A DNA stretch of 32,000 nucleotides from Candidatus Saccharimonadota bacterium (lineage in GTDB: Bacteria > Patescibacteriota > Gracilibacteria > Absconditabacterales > Absconditicoccaceae): assembly GCA_030429145.1 (NCBI GenBank), contig JAUIDC010000001.1:60001-92000 (forward strand), written 5' to 3'. Position 1 is the stretch's first letter. Every line of letters begins with the position of its first letter. The position numbers were made by a program, and so were the translations under genes. This document shows positions 8,148 through 17,375 of this stretch, in pieces. Under the pieces are notes generated by a model that searched no databases, had not been told where the DNA came from, and was given only the letters and a program-made list of their open reading frames with translations.

Positions 8148-9992
8148 TTACTTCTTTCTTATTTTCTTCTTCTGATCCCACTCCTTACTCATCTGTTTCT
8201 TCCTATACGCATTGGCAAATCTATGCGCCTCATCGCGGAGCTGGGTTAGTAGTCTGTCTGCATCATCGTAGCAAAGTTCTTTTTCTACGATACGGAACTC
8301 ATCACTGAACATGTAGACTTTTTCTTTTGCTCATTTGTGTTTTGCTGTCCTTGCTCTTGCCTCTCATTTGCCAAGAGCACAAAATTGTACCTTTTCATAG
8401 ATATCACGAAACTCCTCAGAAGACTGATAGAGCGACTTTACGACACCAAGCTGTCCTTTTCCTCCATCAAGGATAAACACATCTGGCAAGATGCTATCAT
8501 CACATTTTTCACCGAGGCGGAATCTTCTCATCAATACCTCTGCAAGCGACGAGTAGTCGTCTGACTGTGTAAATAACGTATCGTTTTCTACGCTTTCGAT
8601 AATTTCGATCAGTTTCTTTTTCTTATCAGTTTTCGTCAATCACTTTACCTTATATTTTCTGTAGCCCTTCTTATTGGGAAGTCACTCTTTCATGGAACTA
8701 AGTCCTCCACTCACCCATCATCCCGAGAGATGTGAGATATCAAGACACTCTATCGTGTATGGAAATTTTTTTCGTTCGTATCTTTCATGTAATGTTTTGA
8801 GTAGTTCATTCATGAGATTGTCCTTCTCAAAGGCACTGGTCAACACATACGCATCGATACTTCTTTCGAGGAGTGCGATAGTTTCTTTCAAAGCATCTTT
8901 GAGAATACGCTTGTCAGTATCTATGCCGACCAATGCAGTTCACTCTTTCACCTGCTCTTCACAGCTGAGAATGTCTTCACAGGCAAGCAGTTTTTCTTCC
9001 TCTCGGAAGTGCCAGTTCATAGTACCAAATTCACGTTCAAACGTCTTTGCCAATGAGGAAATGTCACCATCATTTTGATGCTGTTTATAACGAATAATAT
9101 CAATAATTTTTCCCTCATAAAGTTTTACCATACAACAGACTCGCCATTCACCGATCATTTTTATCTCCACGATATTTCACGTCACCGGACGTGACAACAC
9201 AACGTTTTGCTTTTCGGTGAGCTGACCGACTTTTCAGTACATATCCCTGATCTGTGCTGCGTATTCGAAGTGCTGTTTCTTGACCGCCTCGTTGAGGCGT
9301 TCCATAATATACTCTTCAAGTAACTTCGTTCTTCCTGAGAAAAAGTCGGTCAGCAACGCTATGATCTTCTTATATTGTTTCTTCGACTCCTCATAGTCAT
9401 ACTTAGGCTCAAAGCCCATTCTTTTTGCCTCATCAACATATTTCTGTGCGTTATCTTGAGACAACTTATTATACACACACCAGCCTTCACAGATCCCGAA
9501 GAAATAATCAGAGCATAACTGTCACTGATGAAACTGTGTTTTCTTGCACCCTCTATACTGAAAGAGTTGACGAAAGAAATGCAACATCTCACGAAGTGCC
9601 CTCGTATTGTTTTTAGGACCAATATAGAGAGCTCCATCATTTTGGCGAAATCTCGTCAGAAAGATTTGTGGATACTGCTCTCCTGTCACTTTGATATATG
9701 CGTAACTATTGTCCGCCTTTAAAAGACTATTGTATGGTGGTGTATGTTTTTTGATCAGATTATCTTCGAGAAATAAGGCCTCGCTCTCTGTCGTTACAAT
9801 ATGAAACTCTACTTTCTCTGCATTTTGCAACATATCTTGTTTCCACACAGACCCTTTCTGAAAATACTGCGCTAGTCTATTTTTCAGATTTTTTGCTTTT
9901 CCGATATACAAAATTTTATCACGGCCATCTGAAAAAATATACACGCCGGGCTTCGTAGGAATATTCGTCAAATCTGATAAACGCATTGCCAT
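8148..9992 (-). CDS. uvrC: excinuclease ABC subunit C (UvrC), 614 aa, 9 in-frame TGA
   Basis: Five track fragments (9522..9992, 9234..9476, 8940..9170, 8718..8933, 8364..8639) share one frame. The protein has the GIY-YIG N-terminus (GVYIF.D....LYIGKAKNLKNRL), a UVR-like segment (FEYAAQIRD), DISHLSG[G]W and LRDEAHRFA motifs. Ends at TAA 8148..8150, only about 25 residues after DEAHRFA. Confidence 0.95.
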
Positions 9993-10017
9993 CGCCCTAG
10001 AGCATATCGAATAGATT

Positions 10018-10052
10018 AAAAAAATCCACCGCTAGTGATAACCAACGGTGGG
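10018..10052 (-). terminator. rho-independent terminator after 10079..10363
   Basis: Stem ccaccg/cggtgg (10026..10031 with 10046..10051). The minus strand then carries 7 T (A-run 10018..10024 on plus). Confidence 0.6.
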
Positions 10053-10078
10053 GTCCCATAGAACCTACATGATAAATA

Positions 10079-10363
10079 TTATGCCGCCACAAGAGTATCA
10101 TTATCAAGGTACTCCTGAAACGTATCTTTAGGAATGTAGAATTTATTTTCATCTGCATGCCAAAAGTTTCCACTCGTTGTTTTCACAACGACACAGAGTT
10201 GCTCTCCCTCAGGATTGAGTATAGAGAGCGTCTCTCCCTTAGGAATTGCTATTGGAGAGAGTCCGTCTCTGATATCTTTTGCTCCTTTGGGCAGGTAGCG
10301 GGCCTGTATTCTTTTTTGAGGCACAAATTGTTGCCCATACGCTAAAGTTGTTGTTTTTTTCAT
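10079..10363 (-). CDS. hypothetical protein, 94 aa, paralog of the C-terminal half of 10478..10918
   Basis: Intact ORF. Shares the pattern IP.GE..I.(N/D)P......V.T.SGN......N.FYI....F..Y with its neighbour. Confidence 0.5.
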   Translation of the reverse strand: MKKTTTLAYGQQFVPQKRIQARYLPKGAKDIRDGLSPIAIPKGETLSILNPEGEQLCVVVKTTSGNFWHADENKFYIPKDTFQEYLDNDTLVAA

Positions 10364-10427
10364 AGCTCTATTTGTTTTCTACATTATATATAGAATAACA
10401 TCTCATGTCAACCATTGATTGCTATAT

Positions 10428-10453
10428 AAAAAAGCTGGTGGAACCACCAGCTT
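10428..10453 (-). terminator. rho-independent terminator after 10478..10918
   Basis: Stem agctggtg/caccagct (10433..10440 with 10445..10452). The minus strand then carries a T-run (A-run 10428..10433 on plus). Confidence 0.7.
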
Positions 10454-10477
10454 GTTCTAAGAGTTGTTACTATATGC

Positions 10478-10918
10478 CTATACCGCAGCCTGCTTCTTGC
10501 TTTCTTTCTTTTTCATTTTCTTTTTTGCCTTCTCTTTGACTATAAAAGATTCTTTCACATACCCAAAAAAGGCTTCTCGTTCGATATAAAACCGATTGCG
10601 GTCTGTCTTTAAGGTGTTACCACTAACAGTTTCCACTTTGATGTATCCGTTTATGTCAGGATCTATGATTTTGATTTTTTCGTCTCCTGGAATCATTTTA
10701 ACTTGCATATCACCAGGTATTCTCTGTGATTCTGCCAATCGTTCATGTTCCGCTTCCGCTCGTTCTTGCTCAGTTTTATTTTGATACTGACGGCTAAGAG
10801 GTTGATAGGAGAGGAAATAGGCTGGTATAGTTGCTTTGGGGGCGAAGATATCGCCAGATTGTATTTCCATCATTTTTTCCGTTTTGTTGTGGTAGAGATA
10901 GTACATATTTGCTCTCAC
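10478..10918 (-). CDS. hypothetical protein, 146 aa, with a Lys-rich C-terminal tail
   Basis: Intact ORF. Its C-terminal domain is paralogous to 10079..10363. The start is uncertain, with internal Met codons at residues 5 and 16/17. Confidence 0.5.
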   Translation of the reverse strand: MRANMYYLYHNKTEKMMEIQSGDIFAPKATIPAYFLSYQPLSRQYQNKTEQERAEAEHERLAESQRIPGDMQVKMIPGDEKIKIIDPDINGYIKVETVSGNTLKTDRNRFYIEREAFFGYVKESFIVKEKAKKKMKKKESKKQAAV

Positions 10919-11003
10919 AATACAAGATCAGTTAGTTCTCAATTGCTTTTTTTATGTGTTTTGACTATAGTGGTTGCTATATTTTACTGGTCTATAACTA
11001 TGC

Positions 11004-11912
11004 ATGAATATACGAAATTTACTTGCTGACGATACATATCAGCAAAAAAAAGTGTTAGAAAAAATACTCTGTCATCATACAGGTTGGGATAAGGCTGACC
11101 TGATCAGACATTATGACGAAGAGATAGATAGTGCGTTAGTAGAAAAGATACATGAAGATTATGATGCGTACAACAAAAACGATAAACCACTTGAGTATAT
11201 TTTTGGTTATGTAGAGTTTTTTGAGAGAAAGTTTAAGATAGATGGGCGTTCATTGATTCCTCGTCCGGAGACGGAATATATGATCGAGGCGGTCAATGAG
11301 CACGTCACCCAATTGAAAATTGAAGATTGAAAATTGAAGAGAGTGTTACTAGATGTAGGAACTGGGACTGGCGTGCTAGGGATGTCTGTACTGATGGAAA
11401 ATCCTGATTTTTTTGATGAGGCCTATTTGACCGAATATTATGAAGATACTCTGTCGCTGGCGCAAGAAAACTTTGAGCAGCATCAGCCCTCTTTCGGCAA
11501 TAAAACGAAAATACGTCTCATCCAGTCAAACCTCATCCAGTTCATGGGTGAACAGTGATTGATAAAGGCAGATAAAGCACCTCATAGCATAGATTATACT
11601 CTTGTAGCGAACCTCCCTTACATCCCTGACGAGGTGTTTGATACACAAACCGAAGATAATGTCAGAAAGCGAGAACCTCGTCCTGCATTTGTTGGTGGTG
11701 ACGACGGGCTCGACTTTTACAGAGAGATGTTTGCTCAAATATTTGAGTACCAAAAAACATCGCCACAAAATCGGACGATGTTTCTTGAGATGATGACCCG
11801 GCAGGTCGACATCTTACGCAAAGAGTTTGGAGACAAGATAGCCTTTGAAGAAATTAAGACGTTTCACTTCAATATCAGGATAGTGAAAGGAGTTATGCTG
11901 CATTCGACATAG
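11004..11912 (+). CDS. prmC: peptide chain release factor N5-glutamine methyltransferase (PrmC/HemK), 302 aa, 2 in-frame TGA
   Basis: Track ORFs 11004..11330, 11334..11558 and 11559..11912 share one frame. The protein has LEYI.GY.EF....F.....LIPRPETE, the SAM motif LDVGTGTGVLG and a catalytic-loop equivalent VANLPYI. Ends in TAG. Confidence 0.85.
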
Positions 11913-12753
11913 TTTCTACAGGTGCAACCTTTGCGATAAGCTGGGGAATGTTGTCTTTCAACGCGTTGAGCTGACGACTATTTTGTTTTCTGAGCTCCAT
12001 CGCCATCATGATATTCTGCTCAGGATCATAGATGTCTGTTACACCATACTGCTTCGTTTGACGAATATCAACCTGCATCAGTCCCTTATACGATGATTTC
12101 TTACCCTTATTAGCATAGACGTCACCATGTGACTCGATACCTATGATGGTTTTGAGAATTTCTTTTGGTTGTCCATACTTTGCTGCTGCTCTATCAAGCA
12201 CATCCTCATATGGAACAGTCTTATGTGCAAATTGCTTATAGTTATCTACAAATCTTTTATACCAGTACTTTACGAATGTCGGACCGGTTACCTTATTTTT
12301 GCCACCAGGAAAATCTGAGCCAACATTGTTACGCATATTGGAAAGTATATTCGATGGGAGTTTTCTTCCCATCATAATGTTTTCTACGATCCTTGATGTA
12401 CCAGTTGCACCCTGCTGGTGCTGCATATACTCAAGAAAGTGGGTGAAAAGCTCCTTTTGTGGCATATCTATTCACTCCAAAGAGGTATCTGCGAGGTACT
12501 CATAAGCTGGCTTGAAAGGATCCTGCTTTTTGTCAGCACTATTGAGCTTACTCGCTCCCGCTGCGGCAGTTCATCCTCATACAATATCATTCCACAAATT
12601 CTGTAATTTCTCAACGACACTCTTAAACCCATCTCCTATACTTTCTATCATCTGCGAAAAACCAGAAAGCTCTTTACGAGTACCCTTCACAACATCATTA
12701 ATCTCCTTCTCTTTTGCTTCATTGCTACTCTGCAATGAGACAATCTCTCTCAT
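11893..12753 (-). CDS. SLT-domain (lytic transglycosylase-like) protein with a coiled-coil N-terminal region, about 286 aa, 3 in-frame TGA
   Basis: ORF 11893..12465 contains IIGIESHGD....K....YKGLMQV (an ES..GLMQ pattern). The frame stays open upstream through TGA 12472, 12571 and 12577 to ATG 12753, and an in-frame TAG lies at 12832..12834. The start is uncertain and I see no clear signal peptide. Confidence 0.6.
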
Positions 12754-13055
12754 AGTGCGAACCTCTCACAGAATAAATACCACTCTAAGTATACGAGGAG
12801 AGCCTCATAATAGCAAAAATCCATAATTTTCCTAACAAAATAGATTTGACAAATATAAAAAACATATTCTTATCATGTCAAGCGGTTTGCAATATCGGAC
12901 AACTATCTCTATAGTAGAGAGTGATCTCGATCCAATGTGTACCAAAGATATGATGTCTGTCGGAAAAACACTGATAGTCCTCACCTCTTTGTTGCTGTTG
13001 GGCAGATCTTCTTAGTTTTATGCACTTTCTATTTTATATTTTACGAATTACGTTG

Positions 13056-15197
13056 ATGCCAACAAGCAAAAGACAATTTGATGTCGTTCAGCATAGCGCT
13101 GATCGAAATGGTCATACTATCAGTATCGAAACTGGTAAGTTTGCCGGACAGGCAGATGGAGCCATTGTCCTCGGATATGATGACAATAAGTTTCTCATCA
13201 CGGCCGTTATGAATAAAAATCCTGATGTTAACAAAGACTTTTTACCTTTGACGGTAGACTTTAGAGAAAGTTACTCTGCTGGTGGTAAAATCGGTGGTGG
13301 AGCTTATCGTAAAAGAGAAGGTCGCCCACCTGAGTCTGCAATTCTCAATGCAAGACTCACTGATCGTTCTCTCAGACCTATGTTCCCCAAAGGGATGATC
13401 AATGATACTGTATTGACTGTCACTCCCCTCTCTCTCGATCATGAACAGGACTTGGGAGTATTTTCTATCATTGGTTCTTCTCTTGCAACACTCCTTGCAG
13501 GATTGCCGTTTGATGGACCTATTAGTGCCGTAAGAATCGGTAGAATAGATGGACAGTTTATCATCAATCCTACTGTAGAACAGATAGAAAAAGGTGAATT
13601 GAATTTGGTCGTTGCATGAAAAGACGGCTTTATCAATATGGTTGAATGTGATGCCGCGGAGGTAGATGAAAAGATTTTGGAAGATGCATTTGCACTCGCA
13701 CAGGAGGAGATCAACAAGATGTGTAAGATACAAGAAGAGTTTTTGAGCAAGTGTACGATAGAGAAAAAAGAGGTCTCGTACAATAAGCCGACAGAAGCAC
13801 TCATTGCATATGTACAAGGGATCATCACTCCTGAAAAGTTTGCTGCGATGACCGGCAATGCAAAAGTAGCATTCAATGACCTCTATCGTCAGTATGAAAA
13901 GGAGGTACTTGAACTCGCTCAAGAAAAGATTGCCGATGAGACGTTAGAAGAGTTTAGAGAGTCGACTATCAAGATTGCCGTATTCAATGTGATTAAGCAC
14001 TATATCCGTGATCGCGTACTTCAGGAAAAGAAGAGGCTTGATGATAGAGATATGCTGACTATTAGACCTCTCTACTGTGAAGCAGGACTACTTCCAAGAG
14101 TACATGGTTCAGGACTCTTTTGGAGAGGAGACACGCAGGTGCTCTCTACTGTGACCCTTGGTTCACCTGGTGATGTACAGATGTTAGATACCATGGAGGA
14201 AGACGGAGCAGAAGATCGTTACATGCACCATTATAATTTCCTTCCCTACTCTACTGGAGAAGCTGGAACATCAAGAGGAACAAGCCGTCGTGAGATAGGC
14301 CATGGCCATCTTGCACAAAAAGCACTCGAGAGGATGATTCCAGACAAGGTAACTTTTCCTTACACAGTAAGAGTCGTTTCTGAATGTCTCAGTTCAGGAG
14401 GTTCTACCTCTATGGGTTCTGTGTGTGGTTCAACGCTTAGCTTAATGGATGCTGGTGTGCCATTGAAAGCGCCTGTAAGTGGTATCGCTATGGGACTGAT
14501 CACGGAAACGGATGAAGAGACTGGAAAGATTAGCAACTATCAAATATTGACAGATATCATGGGTACGGAAGACTTTACCGGTGATATGGACTTCAAGGTA
14601 GCGGGAACAAAGAAGGGCGTAACAGCTATCCAGCTCGACATTAAGATCAAAGGGTTGACATTGCAGATCATCAAAGAGACAATTACACAAGCAAATGTCG
14701 GTCGCAATGAGATTCTGGACTTTATGCTTGAGACTCTTGCAGAGCCAAGAGCTCAGCTTTCTGAATATGCACCAAAGATCGTTTCATTTAAGGTGCCTGC
14801 TGACAAGGTAAAGGTCGTTATCGGAAAATGAGGCGAAACTATTGATGAGATCATCGAAGAAACTGGCGTAAAAATTGACTTTGAAGATGATGGCACGTGT
14901 TTCATCACGAGTAGAGACCAAGCAATGATCGACAGAGCAAAAGAGATTATCCTCGATATCGCAGTGTGACCGGAAGTGGGTTCTACCCATGAAGGAAAGA
15001 TCACTCGCGTGGAAGACTATGGTGTCTTTGTTGCTATCAGCAAGCGAAGATCTGGGCTCCTCCATGTGAAACAGATGGGTGGTCAGAACATTACTGCACA
15101 GCAAATTCATGCAGCATACAAAGTCGGAGATAAGATCAAAGTGAAGATATTGGAGATCGATAAAGAAGGAAGATTGAATCTTGGGAAGGTCCTCTAA
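13056..15197 (+). CDS. pnp: polyribonucleotide nucleotidyltransferase (PNPase), 713 aa, 3 in-frame TGA
   Basis: Track ORFs 13020..13619, 13638..14831 and 14976..15197 share one frame. TGA 13617..13619 is at LVVA[G], and TGA 14829..14831 is in the KH motif VIGK[G]GETI. The third TGA is at 14967..14969, before the S1 domain. Likely start is MPTSKRQF at 13056. Ends in TAA. Confidence 0.97.
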
Positions 15198-15216
15198 GAA
15201 AAATCTATAACATAAT

Positions 15217-15246
15217 AAAAACAGCCTCTACCAAGGCTGTTTTTTC
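15217..15246 (+). terminator. rho-independent terminator after pnp
   Basis: Stem acagcc/ggctgt (15221..15226 with 15235..15240) followed by TTTTT. Confidence 0.8.
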
Positions 15247-15270
15247 TCTATACACTTATAATATTTTGTT

Positions 15271-15441
15271 GTCGAATACACTGCGTGAGAAATAATCTAT
15301 ATACAAACAACTCTGGTATCATCGACCCGAGGGACCCGATTTATCGGGAAGGGAGATGACATTCATGAGTTGTATTAGCGCAAAACGCTGTATTCGACTA
15401 GATGTTTTTGCCTACTTTTTGCAGCAATACCAAAAAGTAGG
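15271..15441. ncRNA. candidate structured RNA, unclassified: a long irregular hairpin plus a perfect 11-bp hairpin
   Basis: Located between the pnp terminator and the stop of a convergent gene. Closing helix 15271..15286 with 15385..15398 (14 bp, 2-nt bulge). Inner helices 15307..15313/15367..15373, 15319..15323/15355..15359 and 15326..15328/15351..15353. Apical stem cccga-uuua-ucggg at 15335..15348. A separate hairpin pairs 15411..15421 with 15431..15441. Strand and class are unknown. Confidence 0.35.
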
Positions 15442-15457
15442 AGAAAGAGAAAAGAAA

Positions 15458-16072
15458 TTATCTCAACTGTATCAACTCATACTTCCCATCCGAGTAACTT
15501 ACTAGTCACTGCTTATTTCCACAGACGACATCTCCTTTTACAGGAGCCAGTGGCTTGCACGATGAGTAGTCATCATTACATGATAGCAGCTGATCAGCTA
15601 TCTGCAAAAACGATACCTCTTCAAAGCTGAAAGCGCTCTGAATTGGGTTTGAGAACACTAGTTCTCCAATGCTGTTTTTACCATACTCTATTGCCGTGAT
15701 TGGCTTACAAACTGAGCGGAATGCAGCTGCCACATACGGTTTTGTCCCTTCATAGCGCACATATGCATCAGTATACAGCTGATTATTTTCATAACAGAGC
15801 GTCTCCTCTTCTCCGTTAAAGTGAACCTGATAACATCATGGCTCGATATTATAGAAGTTTATTTTATGATCCGTTGGTTCATAGACATTTCCATTTATCA
15901 CAATTGCGTTGTCATCAGAAAAGAAACTCATACTGACAAACACATTTTGCGTCACAAATGATTTCGTATTGTTGTCGAACCTATAACCATACACCACGAA
16001 CAGGAAAATGAATGCCATGATAAAGGCAAAGACAATCAATTTTACTGCTACTCTAATAGGTATTCCAATCAT
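15458..16072 (-). CDS. hypothetical membrane-anchored protein, 204 aa, 2 in-frame TGA
   Basis: Track ORFs 15836..16072 and 15506..15760 share one frame and are joined through TGA 15836..15838. The frame also reads through TGA 15506..15508 to TAA 15458..15460. There is an N-terminal TM helix (IRVAVKLIVFAFIMAFIFLFVVYGY). The gene starts 14 nt downstream of greA. Confidence 0.5.
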
Positions 16073-16086
16073 ATTATCTCAAAAAA

Positions 16087-16560
16087 TTATTTAACATCCA
16101 ATATCTTCACCTCATATCTTCCAATATCCGCTCTCACTCTTACTACATCGCCTTTCTTTTTACCCTTGATAGCTGAACCAAGAGGTGACTCAAATGAGAG
16201 TGTACCCTTCAGTACATCTACCTCACCGCTACCAACAATCGTATACTCATATACTTTCTTACTCTCCACGAGCTCAAGCTTCACTTTTGAACCATAACGA
16301 ATGTCCTTGCTCTTCCCCTTGTCATCTTCAATAATCTGCACATCAGCTAAGAAAGCTTCAATCTCTGCAATACGAGATTCAATTAGTTCTTTTTCTGAGA
16401 TAGCTGTATCGTACTCTGAGTTTTCCGAGATATCTCCCTGTCCAATTGCTTCTTTCAGTCTTTCTAGTGCTGCAGGCAATTCCTCATTTTTCAGTCTGTT
16501 TAACTCGGCAAGTAGGTTATCATAACCCTCTTTCGTCAAAAAATTTACATTATCATTCAT
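16087..16560 (-). CDS. greA: transcription elongation factor GreA, 157 aa
   Basis: Intact ORF with LT.EGY..L..EL..L......P.....L..A...GD.SEN.EYD.A and a C-terminal SPLG.A..GKK.GD pattern. Confidence 0.95.
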   Translation of the reverse strand: MNDNVNFLTKEGYDNLLAELNRLKNEELPAALERLKEAIGQGDISENSEYDTAISEKELIESRIAEIEAFLADVQIIEDDKGKSKDIRYGSKVKLELVESKKVYEYTIVGSGEVDVLKGTLSFESPLGSAIKGKKKGDVVRVRADIGRYEVKILDVK

Positions 16561-16650
16561 CCGTTATGTATAGGTGTAAACAAAATAAAGCTCTGCAGTA
16601 ATGACTGCAAAAAATATATGATAAAATCTCTTTCTTGCAACTATTTTTCC

Positions 16651-17055
16651 CTATCCCATAGGTTTGACATTTTCTGTCTTATCTTTGGGAATGTTTTTTG
16701 CTCTGTCTTTTTCGTCTGCAATTTGTTCCTTAAGATGATCAAATGCATGGTTGACCAAATCGTGAACATTTTCAAACATTTCTCTTTTGTACGGCGTATA
16801 TTCTTTCCCATCAAGGATAAAGATAAACGTACCGTCATACCTACCATCTTCGTGTCTCGCGATCTTTACATCAATCGTGATGCGCACATCTTCATGACTT
16901 AAAATCTTCTTAAAGTAGGCATCCATTTTGGTATCCACATTGTCTTGTACGTACATTTTGATACTTGCTTCAACTTGTGGATCCGTGTCCTTCAGATAAT
17001 AATGAACATCAATGTTTTTGTGCATTTTACCGTAGGTTACGAGGTAAAACTTCAC
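16651..17055 (-). CDS. ribosome hibernation factor-like protein (HPF/RaiA, S30AE family), 134 aa
   Basis: Intact ORF. The layout resembles HPF: a helix (..MYVQDNVDTKMDAYFKKI), beta strands (VRITIDVKI.., GTFIFILDGKEY), then FENVHDLVNHAFDHLKEQI and a basic tail. Assigned from memory, with only moderate similarity. Confidence 0.5.
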   Translation of the reverse strand: MKFYLVTYGKMHKNIDVHYYLKDTDPQVEASIKMYVQDNVDTKMDAYFKKILSHEDVRITIDVKIARHEDGRYDGTFIFILDGKEYTPYKREMFENVHDLVNHAFDHLKEQIADEKDRAKNIPKDKTENVKPMG

Positions 17056-17138
17056 GTACCTGAAATATATCTATTATGCTCGAAAAATCAATTGTTTCTT
17101 GGAATTGTACTTACAGAGATTTTCCCTATAAGTGAGGC

Positions 17139-17375
17139 ATGAATCTCTTCAGATGACTCAATAGATTATTGGGTAAAATCGCCCAATGAGGCATATGGCT
17201 CTATCAAAAAACACTATCACCCGACAAAGGAGTTCCTTCTTTGTGGCTCAAAGGGAAAATCTGTGCTCATGAGCCACACTGCAGTGCGTATGGGAAAGAA
17301 TGTTTTGAAAGATATGGCTTTTGGCCATGATTTTTGTATACTGTCGATCGTGTTAGTTCGTGTACCCCAAGAAAT
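17139..17375 (+). CDS. yidD: YidD (membrane protein insertion efficiency factor) domain, 79 codons, 3 in-frame TGA, no stop codon before fmt
   Basis: Sequence MNLFR[G]LNRLLGKIAQ[G]GIWLYQKTLSPDKG....GKICAHEPHCSAYGKECFERYGFWP[G]FLYTVDRVSSCTP shows the C...P.CS.Y ... G...G ... R...C.P pattern of PF01809. The codon-by-codon read from 17139 to 17378 contains no TAA or TAG. Confidence 0.75.

Noticed and set aside
7295-9078. Plus-strand track ORFs 7295..7600, 7640..7990, 8012..8308, 8337..8564 and 8674..9078.
   Set aside because: All are antisense to well-supported minus-strand genes (the holin-like gene, ATL, uvrC), and none has a recognisable motif.
11893-11912. The 20-nt tail-to-tail overlap of prmC and the SLT gene as a regulatory antisense feature.
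   Set aside because: Short convergent overlaps are common in compact genomes. I see no structure or motif in the overlap that suggests a function.
7252-12753. Treating the holin-family membrane protein together with the SLT-domain protein as a prophage lysis cassette.
   Set aside because: The two genes are about 4 kb apart and are separated by uvrC, ATL and prmC. No phage structural, integrase or terminase genes are present in the window.
12754-13055. Expecting rpsO (S15) or a classified leader in the 300-nt region upstream of pnp. A weak TTGACA-19 nt-TATCAT promoter lies at 12846..12876.
   Set aside because: No frame encodes an S15-like protein. The only ORF there (12875 onward, 46 codons) has no recognisable features. 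The promoter spacing of 19 nt is poor, so I did not list it as a feature.
13242-13922. A 226-aa minus-strand ORF, with others nearby (13439..13876, 14784..15110), listed in the track.
   Set aside because: It is antisense to the unambiguous pnp gene. The composition is low-complexity and Cys/Phe-rich, as expected for the reverse frame of an AT-rich gene.
15271-15398. Calling the long hairpin an SRP (4.5S) RNA. It is hairpin-shaped, about 128 nt long, and contains GAGAUGAC, which resembles part of E. coli 4.5S.
   Set aside because: The helix-8 hallmarks are missing. The apical loop is UUUA rather than GNRA, and there is no AGCA/GGAA symmetric-loop motif. RNase P, tmRNA and tRNA signatures are also absent. 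It is kept only as an unclassified candidate.
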